Counted from the first letter of the stretch, positions 14,080 through 24,480 are shown. The stretch is 64,000 nt of DNA from an uncultured Chloroflexia bacterium (GCA_963703345.1 OY969814.1:1312001-1376000); one strand, 5' to 3'. Notes: generated from the letters alone by a model not told the origin. Made by a program: numbers and translations.

Positions 14080-14109
14080 ATTATAGCAGCGGGCCCAAGT
14101 GAGTCGCAA
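14080..14109 (-). promoter_or_regulatory. Sigma70 promoter of the pyr operon
   Basis: TTGCGA-N18-TATAAT with extended TG. Confidence 0.6.
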
Positions 14110-14279
14110 GAGCGAGGGCCGTCTCTTTTTGGCGTTCTTCGAGGCGCGCGCCGGCGCGAGGCGACGCTTGACAGGACGTGTCGGCTGCGGTACGAAGGGA
14201 TCATAGGGTATCGGACTTCGATGCAGGTCGACTGCTCGGCTTCGAGCCGCAGCATATCTGATCGCGCAGGTCGGGAGTC

Positions 14280-16727
14280 ATGAACGGACTGTGGGACCGG
14301 CTGGCGGGGCTAGTCGGCGCGCGCTACCGCTGGATTCTGGGCGTCGCCGCCATCGCGACGGTCGTGCTGGCGTTCGGCTTGCCGCGCATTCACTTCAAGA
14401 CCGGCCAGGATACGCTCCTTCCGTCCAGCTCGAAGGTCTACCAGGACAACCTGCGCTACCAGGGCACCTTCGGCGGGGACCCGATGCTCGTGCTCTTCGA
14501 AGGGGACGTTCTCAGCCTGCTCTCGCCGCCGAATGTGGATACGCTACGGGACATCGAGCAAAAGCTGAACGCGGACGGGCGCTATTTCTCCGTCGTCAGT
14601 CCGCTCACTGTCCTCCAGCTGGGCATCGAACAGATCAAGCTACAGCGAGAGGAAGCCGTCGCCACGCTTGCCGGCATTGAGGCGCAGGCGGAGTCGGCGG
14701 CGCGACAGCGCGTCGCGGCGGCCGGTGGCTCGCCACAGGCGCAGGACGAGGCGGCGCAGGCGGCCCGCGATCAGGCTGCGAACGATTTCCTGGCGCAGCA
14801 GGGGCCCGACGCTCAGCGCTTCGCCCAGATCGGCGACCTTTCGCCGGACAACCCGAAGGTGGCGCAGTTCGTCCTCTTCGACTCAGAGGGGAAGGTACGG
14901 CCGGAGATGGCGGACATCGTGCCGGATCCGAACCACGCGCTGCTCGTGGTCCGGCTCGGCGGCAACATGTCGATCGACGAGCAGGCGAAGGCCGCAGCCG
15001 ACGTGTCGAAGCTCGTAAAGGCGCACAGCTTTCAGGGCGTGACGGCGCTGCCCAGCGGCCCGGCGATCCTTATCCAGGAGATCAACGACAGCATGCGCTC
15101 GAACCTGATAAAGACGGCGGCGCTGGCGACCGCGCTTATGGTCGTCATCCTCTCGCTCGTATTCCGCGCGCCCTGGCGGCTGCTTTCCTTGCCGATCGTG
15201 CTGGCCGGCTGCGTCTGGGCGTTCGGGCTCATGGGGTTCCTTTCCCTGCCTCTGACGATGGTGACCATCTCCGGCCTGCCCATTCTCATCGGCCTCGGCG
15301 TGGACTTCGCGATCCAGTTCCACAGCCGCTTCGACGAAGAGACGCAGAAGGGCGCGAACGCGGCGGAAGCGATGCGGATCTCCATGCGGCGTATCGGCAC
15401 GGCGGTCGGGATAGCGGTGCTGGCAGCCTCGGCCGGCTTCATGGTGCTGCACATCTCACGCGTGCCCATGATCCGCGACTTCGGCTCGATGCTTACCGTG
15501 GGCACCGTCATTCTTTTCCTGACGAGTCTGTTCCTGCTTCACGCGGTGCTCTACTGGCGTCTGGGTGCGCGCCTGGCGGCGTCGAGTGCCTCGAGGGCCG
15601 CCGCCCACTTCCAGGTGGAGAGCGTTGTGCGCTCGATAACGACGAACACGGTCGGCCGCGTCCTGCCGGTGCTGGCGATAGGCCTCTTCGTCGTGCTGCT
15701 CGGTCTCTTCCTCGACCAGCGCCTTCCGCTGCAGACCGACCCGGAGCGTTTCATTCCTCAGAACAGCCAGGTGCTGAAAGACCTGTACCACATTCGCGAC
15801 ACGGCGGGCTCGACCAGTGAGCTGGGGCTGATGGTGCAGGCTGATGACGTGTTGCGGCCGGACATTCTAGCCTGGATGCAGGACTTCCAGCGAAAGCAGA
15901 TGGCGGCGCACTCGCAGTTGCTGCGGGCGAACAGCCTGGCGACGCTGCTGACGGCTGCCAACAACGGCGCGATGCCTTCTCCCGACCAGGCGCAGCGCAT
16001 CCTCGATGTCGCGCCGCCGGGCATCCTGAGCTCGATGATAAGCGCCGATCACAAGAGCGCCAGCGTCATCTTCAGCGTCGGCGACATGTCGCTGAGTGAG
16101 CGGCGTGCCGTCATAAGCGATATCAGCCGCAACGCCGACGCTCCGCCCGGCGTGACGTTGATGGCCGGCGGTCTTTCCGTCATCGGCGCCGAGACGGCGA
16201 ATGCGCTCTCCCAGAACCGCGGCCTCATGACCATCGCCGCCCTGGGCGCGATCTGCCTGGGCCTGTTCGTGATCTACCGCAATCCGGCGAAGGCTGTCCT
16301 GCCGCTTCTGCCCATCGTGCTGGCGCTGAGCGCGTCCTCGGTCGTGCTCTACCTGCTCGGCATTGAGCTGAACCCGCTGACGTCCGTCTCCGGACCGCTG
16401 ATCATCGCAATGGGGACCGAGTTCACCGTGCTGCTGATGTCACGCTACTTCGAGGAGCGGGAGAAGGGGCAGGCGCCGCGCGCGGCAATGGATGTTGCGT
16501 CCCTCCGCATAGGGCGGGCGATTGCCGCTTCGGGGCTTACCGTCATCGGCGGCTTCGGAGCGCTGGCGATCTCCAACTTCCCGCTTCTGGAGAGCTTCGG
16601 GCAGGTCACCGTGCTGGACATGGCGCTCTGTCTGCTGGCGACGCTCATCGTGCTGCCGCCGCTGCTCGTCTGGCTGGACGAGGAGACGGGGCTCGTTGCG
16701 GTAAAGGAGCTGCGCCCGGCCGACTAA
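14280..16727 (+). CDS. MMPL/RND (HAE3-like) transporter
   Basis: Two repeats of periplasmic loop plus TM bundle; GLGVDFAIQF and AMGTEFTV motifs. Confidence 0.9.
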   Translation: MNGLWDRLAGLVGARYRWILGVAAIATVVLAFGLPRIHFKTGQDTLLPSSSKVYQDNLRYQGTFGGDPMLVLFEGDVLSLLSPPNVDTLRDIEQKLNADGRYFSVVSPLTVLQLGIEQIKLQREEAVATLAGIEAQAESAARQRVAAAGGSPQAQDEAAQAARDQAANDFLAQQGPDAQRFAQIGDLSPDNPKVAQFVLFDSEGKVRPEMADIVPDPNHALLVVRLGGNMSIDEQAKAAADVSKLVKAHSFQGVTALPSGPAILIQEINDSMRSNLIKTAALATALMVVILSLVFRAPWRLLSLPIVLAGCVWAFGLMGFLSLPLTMVTISGLPILIGLGVDFAIQFHSRFDEETQKGANAAEAMRISMRRIGTAVGIAVLAASAGFMVLHISRVPMIRDFGSMLTVGTVILFLTSLFLLHAVLYWRLGARLAASSASRAAAHFQVESVVRSITTNTVGRVLPVLAIGLFVVLLGLFLDQRLPLQTDPERFIPQNSQVLKDLYHIRDTAGSTSELGLMVQADDVLRPDILAWMQDFQRKQMAAHSQLLRANSLATLLTAANNGAMPSPDQAQRILDVAPPGILSSMISADHKSASVIFSVGDMSLSERRAVISDISRNADAPPGVTLMAGGLSVIGAETANALSQNRGLMTIAALGAICLGLFVIYRNPAKAVLPLLPIVLALSASSVVLYLLGIELNPLTSVSGPLIIAMGTEFTVLLMSRYFEEREKGQAPRAAMDVASLRIGRAIAASGLTVIGGFGALAISNFPLLESFGQVTVLDMALCLLATLIVLPPLLVWLDEETGLVAVKELRPAD

Positions 16728-16731
16728 CCGC

Positions 16732-17589
16732 TCATCGCTGGTCGCCCCTAGCCATGACCGTCGCCGCTTCAGGCGACACCTCTTCGTCGTGGTGAGCCCC
16801 GACTTCATGGGCGTGGGCGTGCACTACCGCCGCGTGGCGGTGCGCGTGCTCGTGGAGGAGGTTGGCTTCCATCAGCAGCGCCTCGTCGTCGAGGATCGAC
16901 TCCGGGGTGCCGTCGGCGAGGATGCGACGGTCCTCGCCCATCACGATCACGCGCTCGGCGATGATAGGGACGATCTCCAGGTCGTGGGTCGCCGTGATTA
17001 TCGTCTTCCGCTCGGCTGCCAGCCCGACGATGAGGTCCACCAGCACCCACTTCGTGCGCGGGTCCAGGCTGGCGGTCGGCTCGTCGAGGAGAAGGACGTC
17101 GGGCTCCAGCGACAGCACGGAGGCGATGGCCGCGCGCTTCTTTTCGCCGCCGGAGAGCTCGAACGGCGCCCGGTCGCGGAGGTGCTCGATGCCCATCTGC
17201 CGCAGCGCCGCCTCGACGCGCCGGCGGACCTCCGGCAGCGTCAGGCCGAGCTGCAGCGGCCCGAAGGCGACGTCGTCGCCGACCGTCGGCGAGAAGAGCT
17301 GGACGTCCGGGTCCTGGAAGATGAGGCCGATACGTCGGTGGAAGCAGTGCGTTTCTTCGCTGTCGGACGCGATTGTCCGAATGTCGTTGCCGAAGACGTG
17401 CAGGCGTCCCGCACTGGGCTCGTAGAGACCGTCGAGCAGCTTGAGAAGCGTCGACTTGCCGCAGCCGTTCGCGCCCAGCACGGCGACCGCCTCGCCTTCA
17501 GCGACCCTCAGGTTCACGCCGTCGAGCGCGACCTGCCGGCGGTTGTACGTATAGCCAACGTTTTCCAGCTCAAAGACCGGCGGCCGCAT
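16732..17589 (-). CDS. cbiO: ECF transporter ATPase (NikO/CbiO) with His-rich tail
   Basis: GANGCGKST, FQDPDVQLF, LSGGEKKR, DEPT; tail HEHAHRH..HAHAH. Confidence 0.9.
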   Translation of the reverse strand: MRPPVFELENVGYTYNRRQVALDGVNLRVAEGEAVAVLGANGCGKSTLLKLLDGLYEPSAGRLHVFGNDIRTIASDSEETHCFHRRIGLIFQDPDVQLFSPTVGDDVAFGPLQLGLTLPEVRRRVEAALRQMGIEHLRDRAPFELSGGEKKRAAIASVLSLEPDVLLLDEPTASLDPRTKWVLVDLIVGLAAERKTIITATHDLEIVPIIAERVIVMGEDRRILADGTPESILDDEALLMEANLLHEHAHRHAAVVHAHAHEVGAHHDEEVSPEAATVMARGDQR

Positions 17590-17591
17590 CG

Positions 17592-18461
17592 TCACAGCCT
17601 CCCGCCGATATAGACCGCCGCAGCCGCTGTCAGGACGGAGCCGGCCAGCAGCAGCCAGTCGCCGGCCGACAGGCGGTGGTCGTCCAACGTGCGCATTTCG
17701 CCCTGGAAGCCGCGCGCCAGCATCGCCTGATAAACGTCCTCGCTCATCCTGACGGAGCGGTCCAACAGCACGCCCATCGACGAGACCACCCAGCGCCTCT
17801 GCTCCGGCCCCGACGTCGTCGCCACGATCCGGCTCTTGCGCGCGAGGAACATGGCGTTCGCGGCGTGCAGGACGACGAAGATGTAGCGATAGGTCATCGC
17901 CAGCACCAGGACGAGGCCGCCCGGCAGGCGCAGCGCCCGCAGCGACTTCAAGATGTCCGCCCATTTCGTCGTCAGGACCAGCAGGACGGCCAGCGACACC
18001 GACACGCCGACGCGTAGGACGAAGACGGACGCGGCTACCAGACCGTCGCGGTGGACTGTCAGGTCGAACAGGCCGAGTGGAACGTGAAGCAGCTCTCGGT
18101 GGCCGATGAAGAAGACGGACGGCAGTATGACGACGGCGCTGAAAAGGCCCACGCCGAGCCAGACGCGCTTGACGAACAGGCCCATGTCGACGGAGGAGAG
18201 CGCCGCGGCGACGAGCACCAGCGCGTAGAGCGCCGCCAGGACCGTCCACTCGCGTGACAGGCCGGCGGCGATGATCAGCGCGGCGAACGCCAGGAGCTTG
18301 GCGCGTGCATCCCGACGCTGCAGGAAGCCGCTCTTTCGGGCGTTCTCCTCGGAGAAAACGGCGCGCTCGATGCCGGCGCTGATGTCGGCCAGCGTCTTCT
18401 CGACGAAGCCGGCCTTGAGCCTGCGGGCGTGCGTGGCCGAAGCTGCCTGGTCGACGGTCAT
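17592..18461 (-). CDS. cbiQ: ECF transporter T component (NikQ/CbiQ)
   Basis: DARAKL, MTYRYIF, ARKSR, AMLARGF. Confidence 0.9.
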   Translation of the reverse strand: MTVDQAASATHARRLKAGFVEKTLADISAGIERAVFSEENARKSGFLQRRDARAKLLAFAALIIAAGLSREWTVLAALYALVLVAAALSSVDMGLFVKRVWLGVGLFSAVVILPSVFFIGHRELLHVPLGLFDLTVHRDGLVAASVFVLRVGVSVSLAVLLVLTTKWADILKSLRALRLPGGLVLVLAMTYRYIFVVLHAANAMFLARKSRIVATTSGPEQRRWVVSSMGVLLDRSVRMSEDVYQAMLARGFQGEMRTLDDHRLSAGDWLLLAGSVLTAAAAVYIGGRL

Positions 18462-19810
18462 TGCTCGGCGTTCCTCCAGTCGGGCGGCGCGCCCGGCATC
18501 AGCCGGCGGGCGAGCTCCCGCAGGCCAAGTCCGATGATAACGAGCATCCCCATGGCAGCGAAGCCTGCGACCTGGTAGCCCACGTTCTGTTTCCACGCCG
18601 GGTCGTTGTCGTTGACCCACGGCGGCTCGTAGCCGGCCAGGAGCGCGTGGCGGGAGAATCCGATGTCGCCGATCTTGCTCGGCACGCACGCGCACTCCTT
18701 ATTCACGTCGGGCAACGCGTCGAACAGGCTGGCGTCGCCCTGCGCCCGCGCCTGGAGCGCTACCGTCACTTCCGCCTGGGACGCGCTCTCGTCCTCGCCG
18801 AAAGCCCCGCCCGGCGCGATGAGGCCGATGGGCGCCCAGATCAGCAGCGCAACGACTATCATCACGGCCGCGCGCGTGCTTGTTCCCGCAACGTTCCGCA
18901 GCAATACGTACAGAATCGGGAGGACGAGCGCTGATACGATTGCCGACACAAGGACGGTTTGGCCGGCGTCGCGCCAGGATACCGCCGTCCAGTCCAGGCC
19001 GGCCCACCGTTCGAGGCGGCCTCCGCCCATCACCAGGCCGGCCACGAAGATAACGACGGCCGCCGCGACTGCAAACGCTCCGACCGGAATCCAGGGATTG
19101 AGGGAGCGCGCCCGCTGTTCGATGCCCGCCGTCTTTTCGCCGCGCCGCAGCAGGATTTCGGGGAAGGACTTCTGGAGGTAGGCGAGGCCAAGACCCGTCA
19201 CGGCCGCTTCCACGAAGGACGCGCCGAAGACGTACGCGACGAGCATCGACGGTATCGCGGCACCGAAGCCGTACGGGCTGTAGGCAGGGATGCCGTTCGT
19301 GCTGGCGATGTGTGGCTGCAGGCCTAGCTCAGCGCCGACGAGAAGCGCGGCCAGTGTGATCCCGACGTACGAACCGATGGCCGCCGCCGCGACGCGACGC
19401 TGCGAGAGCACATCGCTGCGGCCGGCGATGAGGCGATAGGTCAGGTAGCCGCTCAACGGCAGGATGACGGCCATGTTGATGCAGTTGACGCCGATGGCCG
19501 TGATGCCGCCGTCGCCGAAGAAGAGCGCCTGAATGATCAGCGCGACGGAAGTGGAGAGCACCGCCGCCCATGGCCCGAGGACGATCGCGACCAGCGTCGC
19601 GCCGACGGCATGCGCGGTGGTGCCGCCGGGAACGGGCACGTTGAACATCATGATGGTGAAGGTGAAGGCCGAGAAGACGGCAAGAAGAGGAACGGTCCGC
19701 CCGCCGACGGCGCGTCGCACGCGTGCGGAGGCGATAAGCCAGAAGGGCGTTGCCGCGACGTAGCCGGCGCCGCAGGTCAGAGGGCTGAGATAGCCGTCGG
19801 GAACGTGCAT
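18458..19810 (-). CDS. cbiM: ECF S component NikM/CbiM fused to an extended NikN-like region
   Basis: N-terminal MHVPDG metal-binding signature, PGGTTAH, QALFFGDGG. Confidence 0.88.
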   Translation of the reverse strand: MHVPDGYLSPLTCGAGYVAATPFWLIASARVRRAVGGRTVPLLAVFSAFTFTIMMFNVPVPGGTTAHAVGATLVAIVLGPWAAVLSTSVALIIQALFFGDGGITAIGVNCINMAVILPLSGYLTYRLIAGRSDVLSQRRVAAAAIGSYVGITLAALLVGAELGLQPHIASTNGIPAYSPYGFGAAIPSMLVAYVFGASFVEAAVTGLGLAYLQKSFPEILLRRGEKTAGIEQRARSLNPWIPVGAFAVAAAVVIFVAGLVMGGGRLERWAGLDWTAVSWRDAGQTVLVSAIVSALVLPILYVLLRNVAGTSTRAAVMIVVALLIWAPIGLIAPGGAFGEDESASQAEVTVALQARAQGDASLFDALPDVNKECACVPSKIGDIGFSRHALLAGYEPPWVNDNDPAWKQNVGYQVAGFAAMGMLVIIGLGLRELARRLMPGAPPDWRNAEQ

Positions 19811-19856
19811 GGCAGTCCCTTTCCCGCATCCGCGACGATCGCGACTGGAGCGGCAG

Positions 19857-20294
19857 CTAGTCTACGCCATTCGCCTCGCGACAGTCGCGGCAGAGCCCGA
19901 AGATCGCCAGATGGTCCATCTCGGCGCGAAAACCGTGCTCCTCGAGCAGGCGCTGTTGCATGTCCTCCAGGTATGTCGGATCGAGCGAAAGTTCCGCGCC
20001 GCATTGCCGGCAGACCAGGTGATGATGCGGGTCGGAAAGGCGCCACTCGTAGCTGTATTCGCCGCTGCCCATGTCGGTCTCCGAGACGATGCGCAGCTCC
20101 TTGAGGGCGTTCATCGTCCGGTAGATCGTCGAGACGTCGACGTAGGGGTACTCTTTCCGGACCTCGGCGAGGATCTCCGCGGCGGTCAGGTGGCCTTCGC
20201 GATGGCGCAATATAGAGAGGATCATCAGGCGCTGTGGCGTCGGCCTTTGACCGGCTTCGCGCAGCAACTCGACGATTTCCGACTCGCAGCTCAA
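19857..20294 (-). CDS. Fur-family metalloregulator
   Basis: TPQR, STIYRT, HHHLVCRQCG, C-terminal CRDC. Confidence 0.92.
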   Translation of the reverse strand: MSCESEIVELLREAGQRPTPQRLMILSILRHREGHLTAAEILAEVRKEYPYVDVSTIYRTMNALKELRIVSETDMGSGEYSYEWRLSDPHHHLVCRQCGAELSLDPTYLEDMQQRLLEEHGFRAEMDHLAIFGLCRDCREANGVD

Positions 20295-20305
20295 TTCGAT
20301 GCTCC

Positions 20306-20353
20306 TGCAAATGATTGCAAGTGCATCGTATCGTGTGTCTTCCGGCCTGTCAA
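20306..20353 (-). promoter_or_regulatory. Sigma70 promoter with downstream palindromic operator
   Basis: TTGACA-N17-TACGAT; TGCAA-N4-TTGCA at 20306-20319. Confidence 0.65.
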
Positions 20354-20391
20354 CCGTCGGGACGCTGAAGAGGGACGGCGGGCGAGGGCGG

Positions 20392-22005
20392 CTAGTGCGG
20401 CAGGGAGTCCTTCATGTGCGCCGGTATCTGGCCGTACTCGCTCTCGAACCGCTCCAGGTACTCGCGGCGGCCGTGGAGGAAATCTTCCACCTTCTTCGAC
20501 AGCAGCGCGCGATCAGGGAAGAGCGGTCCCGCGCGCATGTAGTCGAGGTTGGCGCGGTCGCAGCGCACGGGGAAGTGGTAGCCCAGATGGTCGGGCTCGG
20601 AGCTGAAGATCATGACGTTGCGCAGCATGTCGTTGTAGGCGGAAAGTGACTGGCGCAGGTCCACGTTCAACTCGTCCTGGCCGATCGAGCCCGTGTTGGC
20701 GAGATAGCACTTGAGGTTGTTGCGCTTCGCTACGTCGTAGAAGATCATCGCGTGCTCCAGACGGTTGCCCGTGACGAACGGGTCGAGGAAGAACTCGCGC
20801 TTGAACGTTCCCGCTTCTTCCGGGTTGCCGCCGGAGGACTCGATGGACTCGCCGTAGATGAGCTGCATCGTCATCTGCTCCGGCGTCAGTCTGGAGAGGA
20901 CGTTCGTCAGCGGATTGCGCGTCAGGAACATCAGATTGTCGACGCGGCCGGCCCGAAGCGTCTGGCTGGCGATCTCCAGATTCGACCTGGCGATGACGGC
21001 CCGCCCGTTCGAAGTGACGCTCAGATCGGCGAAGTTGGGTATGTAGGGATACTTGCTTATCGCTACGTTCTCCAGGTAGGTGTCCTTCGACTCCGCGGCG
21101 CGCAGGATCTCCGGCTGGCTGGAGTCGAGGCCCTCCGTCTTCACGTAAAGGCCGCCCAGCTCGAACGCGGCGTAGCTGCCGTCGAATCCGAACGTGCCGC
21201 CGTCCTCGCCGATCATCTCCGACGACTCCTTCGGCATGCGGGCGAGCCGCCGGCAGAGACTGGTCGTCTTGCCGGTCGCCGTGGCGCCGCCGATCGCCGT
21301 GACGATATCCACGAGCTCCGGGCGCTCGGTCTGGAAGTCGTACACCCAGATGCGGTCGCGCCGGGCGCCCGCGTGCAGGAAGACGCCGGTCTTGTCGATG
21401 GCCTTGACGCGCCAGCTCTCGAACTGGAAGACGCCTTTCTTGCCCTCGCCCATGTAGGCGGTGTTGCGGCAGATCTTCACCTGCTCGCCGCGCTTCTCGC
21501 CCATGAACACGCGCACCTCAATGTCCTTCTCTGCCAGGCGCCGCGACTTGTTCGCTTCGAAGGCCTCGTCGGTGAAGAAGATGACAGTGTAGGTCGGGTC
21601 TTCGACGACGGTGGCGGGATGGTCGAAGAGCAGCTTGAGGCCGTAGGCGACGTCGGCGTGGGCGAGCGGCATGAGGAAGCGGGCCGACACGCCGTCCTCG
21701 CCGTCGCCGACCCAGACGTCAAGCGAGAGGATCTTCTCGGAGCTCATCGCCTCCACCGCCTTCGCTGCCAGCGCCCCCTCCTCCTCGCCGAATGCATGAT
21801 CGACGCTGTTCTTAGTGTGCTGGGCGGCCCGCGACATGGGCTCCGACATGGCGGCGACGGAGCCGAGTTGCGTCTCGATGATGCCGTCCTGAGTGAGGGC
21901 CAGTGCCTTCGCCTGCCCGAGGTCAAAGTTCTCGATCAGGCGACCGCTTCGCTTCGCCTCTTCATAGATGCGAATTGACGCCTCTTTGAACACGTTCTTG
22001 GCCAT
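20392..22005 (-). CDS. pckA: Phosphoenolpyruvate carboxykinase (ATP-type), divergent
   Basis: YMGEGKKG, LHAG, TGKTT, FELGGLYVKT, LENV, TSNGR. Confidence 0.8.
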   Translation of the reverse strand: MAKNVFKEASIRIYEEAKRSGRLIENFDLGQAKALALTQDGIIETQLGSVAAMSEPMSRAAQHTKNSVDHAFGEEEGALAAKAVEAMSSEKILSLDVWVGDGEDGVSARFLMPLAHADVAYGLKLLFDHPATVVEDPTYTVIFFTDEAFEANKSRRLAEKDIEVRVFMGEKRGEQVKICRNTAYMGEGKKGVFQFESWRVKAIDKTGVFLHAGARRDRIWVYDFQTERPELVDIVTAIGGATATGKTTSLCRRLARMPKESSEMIGEDGGTFGFDGSYAAFELGGLYVKTEGLDSSQPEILRAAESKDTYLENVAISKYPYIPNFADLSVTSNGRAVIARSNLEIASQTLRAGRVDNLMFLTRNPLTNVLSRLTPEQMTMQLIYGESIESSGGNPEEAGTFKREFFLDPFVTGNRLEHAMIFYDVAKRNNLKCYLANTGSIGQDELNVDLRQSLSAYNDMLRNVMIFSSEPDHLGYHFPVRCDRANLDYMRAGPLFPDRALLSKKVEDFLHGRREYLERFESEYGQIPAHMKDSLPH

Positions 22006-22260
22006 CGGTCTCCTTCGCCGCCGAAGACGGGCGCATTGTGGGTAGAACAAACTGCGGGCCTTTACGGCTCGCGACTTTACTCTAGAGGTTGGCATGAGAT
22101 CGGTCAAGTGGGGGTTTCCCGAACGAAGTTGGTCGGATTCCAGCCGTAAGCCCTGCGGCGTATATCTCCAGATACCGATACTTCACACAGGATGTCCGCA
22201 AGGACGGCCGCGAAGCGCTTCGTCCTGATCGTCGGCGTTCGCGAGAAGTCCGCCTCTTCT

Positions 22261-23043
22261 ATGGAACAAACAAGAGCAGCAGTCGGTGGCAACGACGGTT
22301 ACGGCCTGGTCCGCAGGTCTTACTTCCGCGTGGCCAGGTGGAGCCGCCTGGCGCGCATCGCCTTCTGGATATGCTTCGTCGTCTTTCTCTTTTGGGCGCT
22401 GCCGGTGTTTCCTTGGGGAATGTCGCTAGCCGACTACTCGCCAAAAGTCGTGCTGGCGCTCTTCTTGTTGGGCGTCTGCCCGGCGGTCGCGGCTATCTAC
22501 CTTCTGGCCGCCAGCGCGGCTGCTCGACATCGAGAGGCGCTTGTCGCCTGGTCGTCCATCTATGATGAAGCGACCGGCCTGCGCAACCGCGAGTTCTTCA
22601 TAGAGCGGCTGGAGCTGCAATGTCACCTCGGAAAGGACCTGGCGGAGTATCGAGTCGCCATTATCCTCGTGACCATCGAAGAGCAGACGGAGGACGGACA
22701 GAAGCTGCACGCGCCGGACGACCAAGTCTTCCGGCGCTTTGGCACGCACCTCCTCAACCAGATGCGCCCCAGCGACCTCGTGGCGGCCATCAGCGGCACT
22801 GAGATGGGCATCCTGACGGCCGCGGGCTCCACGTACGCGTTGAGCAGCATAGTCTGCCGGCTGCAGCGCTCACTGGAAGCGAGATCGGCGCAGCTTGGCG
22901 GAGCGGCGGCGCCACGGCTGCTGGTCCGAATGGGCTACGCCTCGCTGACGAGCATCGATCCGGAGCCGGAGGCCTTGATGGAAGCCGCGCGCAACGACCT
23001 CAAGCCGGTGTTCTCCGGGCAGAAGGAACCCACGGCCGCGTAA
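22261..23043 (+). CDS. Membrane protein with degenerate GGDEF domain
   Basis: Two TM helices, YDEATGLRNR, RPSD-x5-SGTEM. Confidence 0.75.
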   Translation: MEQTRAAVGGNDGYGLVRRSYFRVARWSRLARIAFWICFVVFLFWALPVFPWGMSLADYSPKVVLALFLLGVCPAVAAIYLLAASAAARHREALVAWSSIYDEATGLRNREFFIERLELQCHLGKDLAEYRVAIILVTIEEQTEDGQKLHAPDDQVFRRFGTHLLNQMRPSDLVAAISGTEMGILTAAGSTYALSSIVCRLQRSLEARSAQLGGAAAPRLLVRMGYASLTSIDPEPEALMEAARNDLKPVFSGQKEPTAA

Positions 23044-23072
23044 GACTAAGACTTCGCTTTTCCGTTGACTGA

Positions 23073-23099
23073 GCCGCCCATGTGGCGGCCTTTTCTTTT
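23073..23099 (+). terminator. Intrinsic terminator
   Basis: GCCGCC-N5-GGCGGC followed by T-rich run. Confidence 0.65.
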
Positions 23100-23164
23100 C
23101 CTCCGCTTTCGCCTCCCGATGCGGGACATTATGATGGCAAGGAATTGACAGCGGAGGTGCAGGG

Positions 23165-23686
23165 ATGTTCCACCTCGGGGAGGCTGCCTGGACCATAGCC
23201 GCACGGACAGCCATCGTCTACGCTGTGCTGCTCGTCGGCTTCCGCCTGACCGGAAAGCGGCAGATGGGCCAGATGACGCCCTTCGACCTCGTCGTCATCA
23301 TCCTCGTGGCCAATGCCGTGCAGAACGCGATGGTCGGCCACGACGTCTCGGTCACCGGCGGGCTAATCGCCGCGGGGGTGCTCCTCGTGGGCAACTACGG
23401 GCTGGCGAGGCTCAGTTCGCGGGTGAGCTGGCTGGAGCGCGCGGTGCAGGGCGAGCCCACGCTCCTGGTCTTCAACGGCGAATTCATCGATAGGAACCTG
23501 GAGCGCGAGGACGTGGACAGGGAAGAGATACTTATGGCGATGCGCGAGCACGGCGTTGACGACATCAAGGACGTAGAGCTCGCAGTCCTGGAGACGGACG
23601 GCTCGATAAGCATCGTGGAGACGGGGAAGGGCGGGGAGAAACGTGCCACCAAGCCACGGCGGATCGTCCGCTTCATCAAGCACTGA
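23165..23686 (+). CDS. DUF421/YetF family membrane protein
   Basis: GKRQMGQMTPFDLV, GEPTLLV, AVLETDGSIS. Confidence 0.9.
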   Translation: MFHLGEAAWTIAARTAIVYAVLLVGFRLTGKRQMGQMTPFDLVVIILVANAVQNAMVGHDVSVTGGLIAAGVLLVGNYGLARLSSRVSWLERAVQGEPTLLVFNGEFIDRNLEREDVDREEILMAMREHGVDDIKDVELAVLETDGSISIVETGKGGEKRATKPRRIVRFIKH

Positions 23687-23723
23687 GCTTGCCGATGGCG
23701 CCTTCGCTTCGGTACTGTGATCG

Positions 23724-24473
23724 GTGATGGCAGGGGCAAGAACGCTCCGGGAGCTCTCGAAGGCGCTGGCGCTGCTCGCTGCCCTTGCGTTTCTGCTCGC
23801 ATGCGGCCGCTCCGCCGCCTCGCCCAAAGCAATGCATTTGAGCAGCGGCGAAGGCTGCGGACGACTGGTCGCGCTGACCTTTGACGACGGGCCTAATCCG
23901 CCGTTCACGGAGCAGATCCTGGCGATCCTGAAGTCGAACGGCGTCAGGGCAACCTTCTTTGTGGAAGGGCAGGCCGCAGAGGAGCATCCGGACATCGTCA
24001 AGCTGCTGGACAGCGAGGGGATGGACGTGGAATCGCACTCGTACGGCCACTCCCAAGACCTGGCGACGGCGGACGCTCCTACTTTCCGGCGCGACCTCGA
24101 CGCCGCGACGAAGGTGCTCGGAGCCGTCCTTGAGCGGCAGCCGCGCCTGTACCGTCCGCCGTTCGGAAAGACGAGCGCCGCGATGCTGAAGGAGCTCGGC
24201 GACGCCGGCTACACGTCTATCGGCTGGGACGTTGACTCGACGGACTGGCAGGAGACCGACCCGAGCAAGATTGCCGACGCGGTGCTGTCGAAGGTCCATC
24301 CCGGCGCTATTGTGCTGATGCACGACGGCGGGCTCTCCGGTGGCAATCCCGACCGGATAGCCACGATTCAGGCGTTGCCGTCGATTCTCACCGGGCTGCG
24401 CGAAGGCGGCTACGAGCTGACGACCGTGCCGGAGATAATCGACCCGGAAATCTGCGGTTCCACCGGGTCCTGA
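23724..24473 (+). CDS. Polysaccharide deacetylase (CE4), predicted lipoprotein
   Basis: LLAC lipobox, LTFDDGP, HSYGH, RPPFG, LMHD. Confidence 0.9.
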   Translation: MMAGARTLRELSKALALLAALAFLLACGRSAASPKAMHLSSGEGCGRLVALTFDDGPNPPFTEQILAILKSNGVRATFFVEGQAAEEHPDIVKLLDSEGMDVESHSYGHSQDLATADAPTFRRDLDAATKVLGAVLERQPRLYRPPFGKTSAAMLKELGDAGYTSIGWDVDSTDWQETDPSKIADAVLSKVHPGAIVLMHDGGLSGGNPDRIATIQALPSILTGLREGGYELTTVPEIIDPEICGSTGS

Positions 24474-24480
24474 AAGGGCG

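Noticed and set aside
22006-22110. Riboswitch upstream of pckA
   Set aside because: Only a sigma70 promoter (TTGACC-N17-TAGAGT) and small hairpins; no recognisable aptamer consensus
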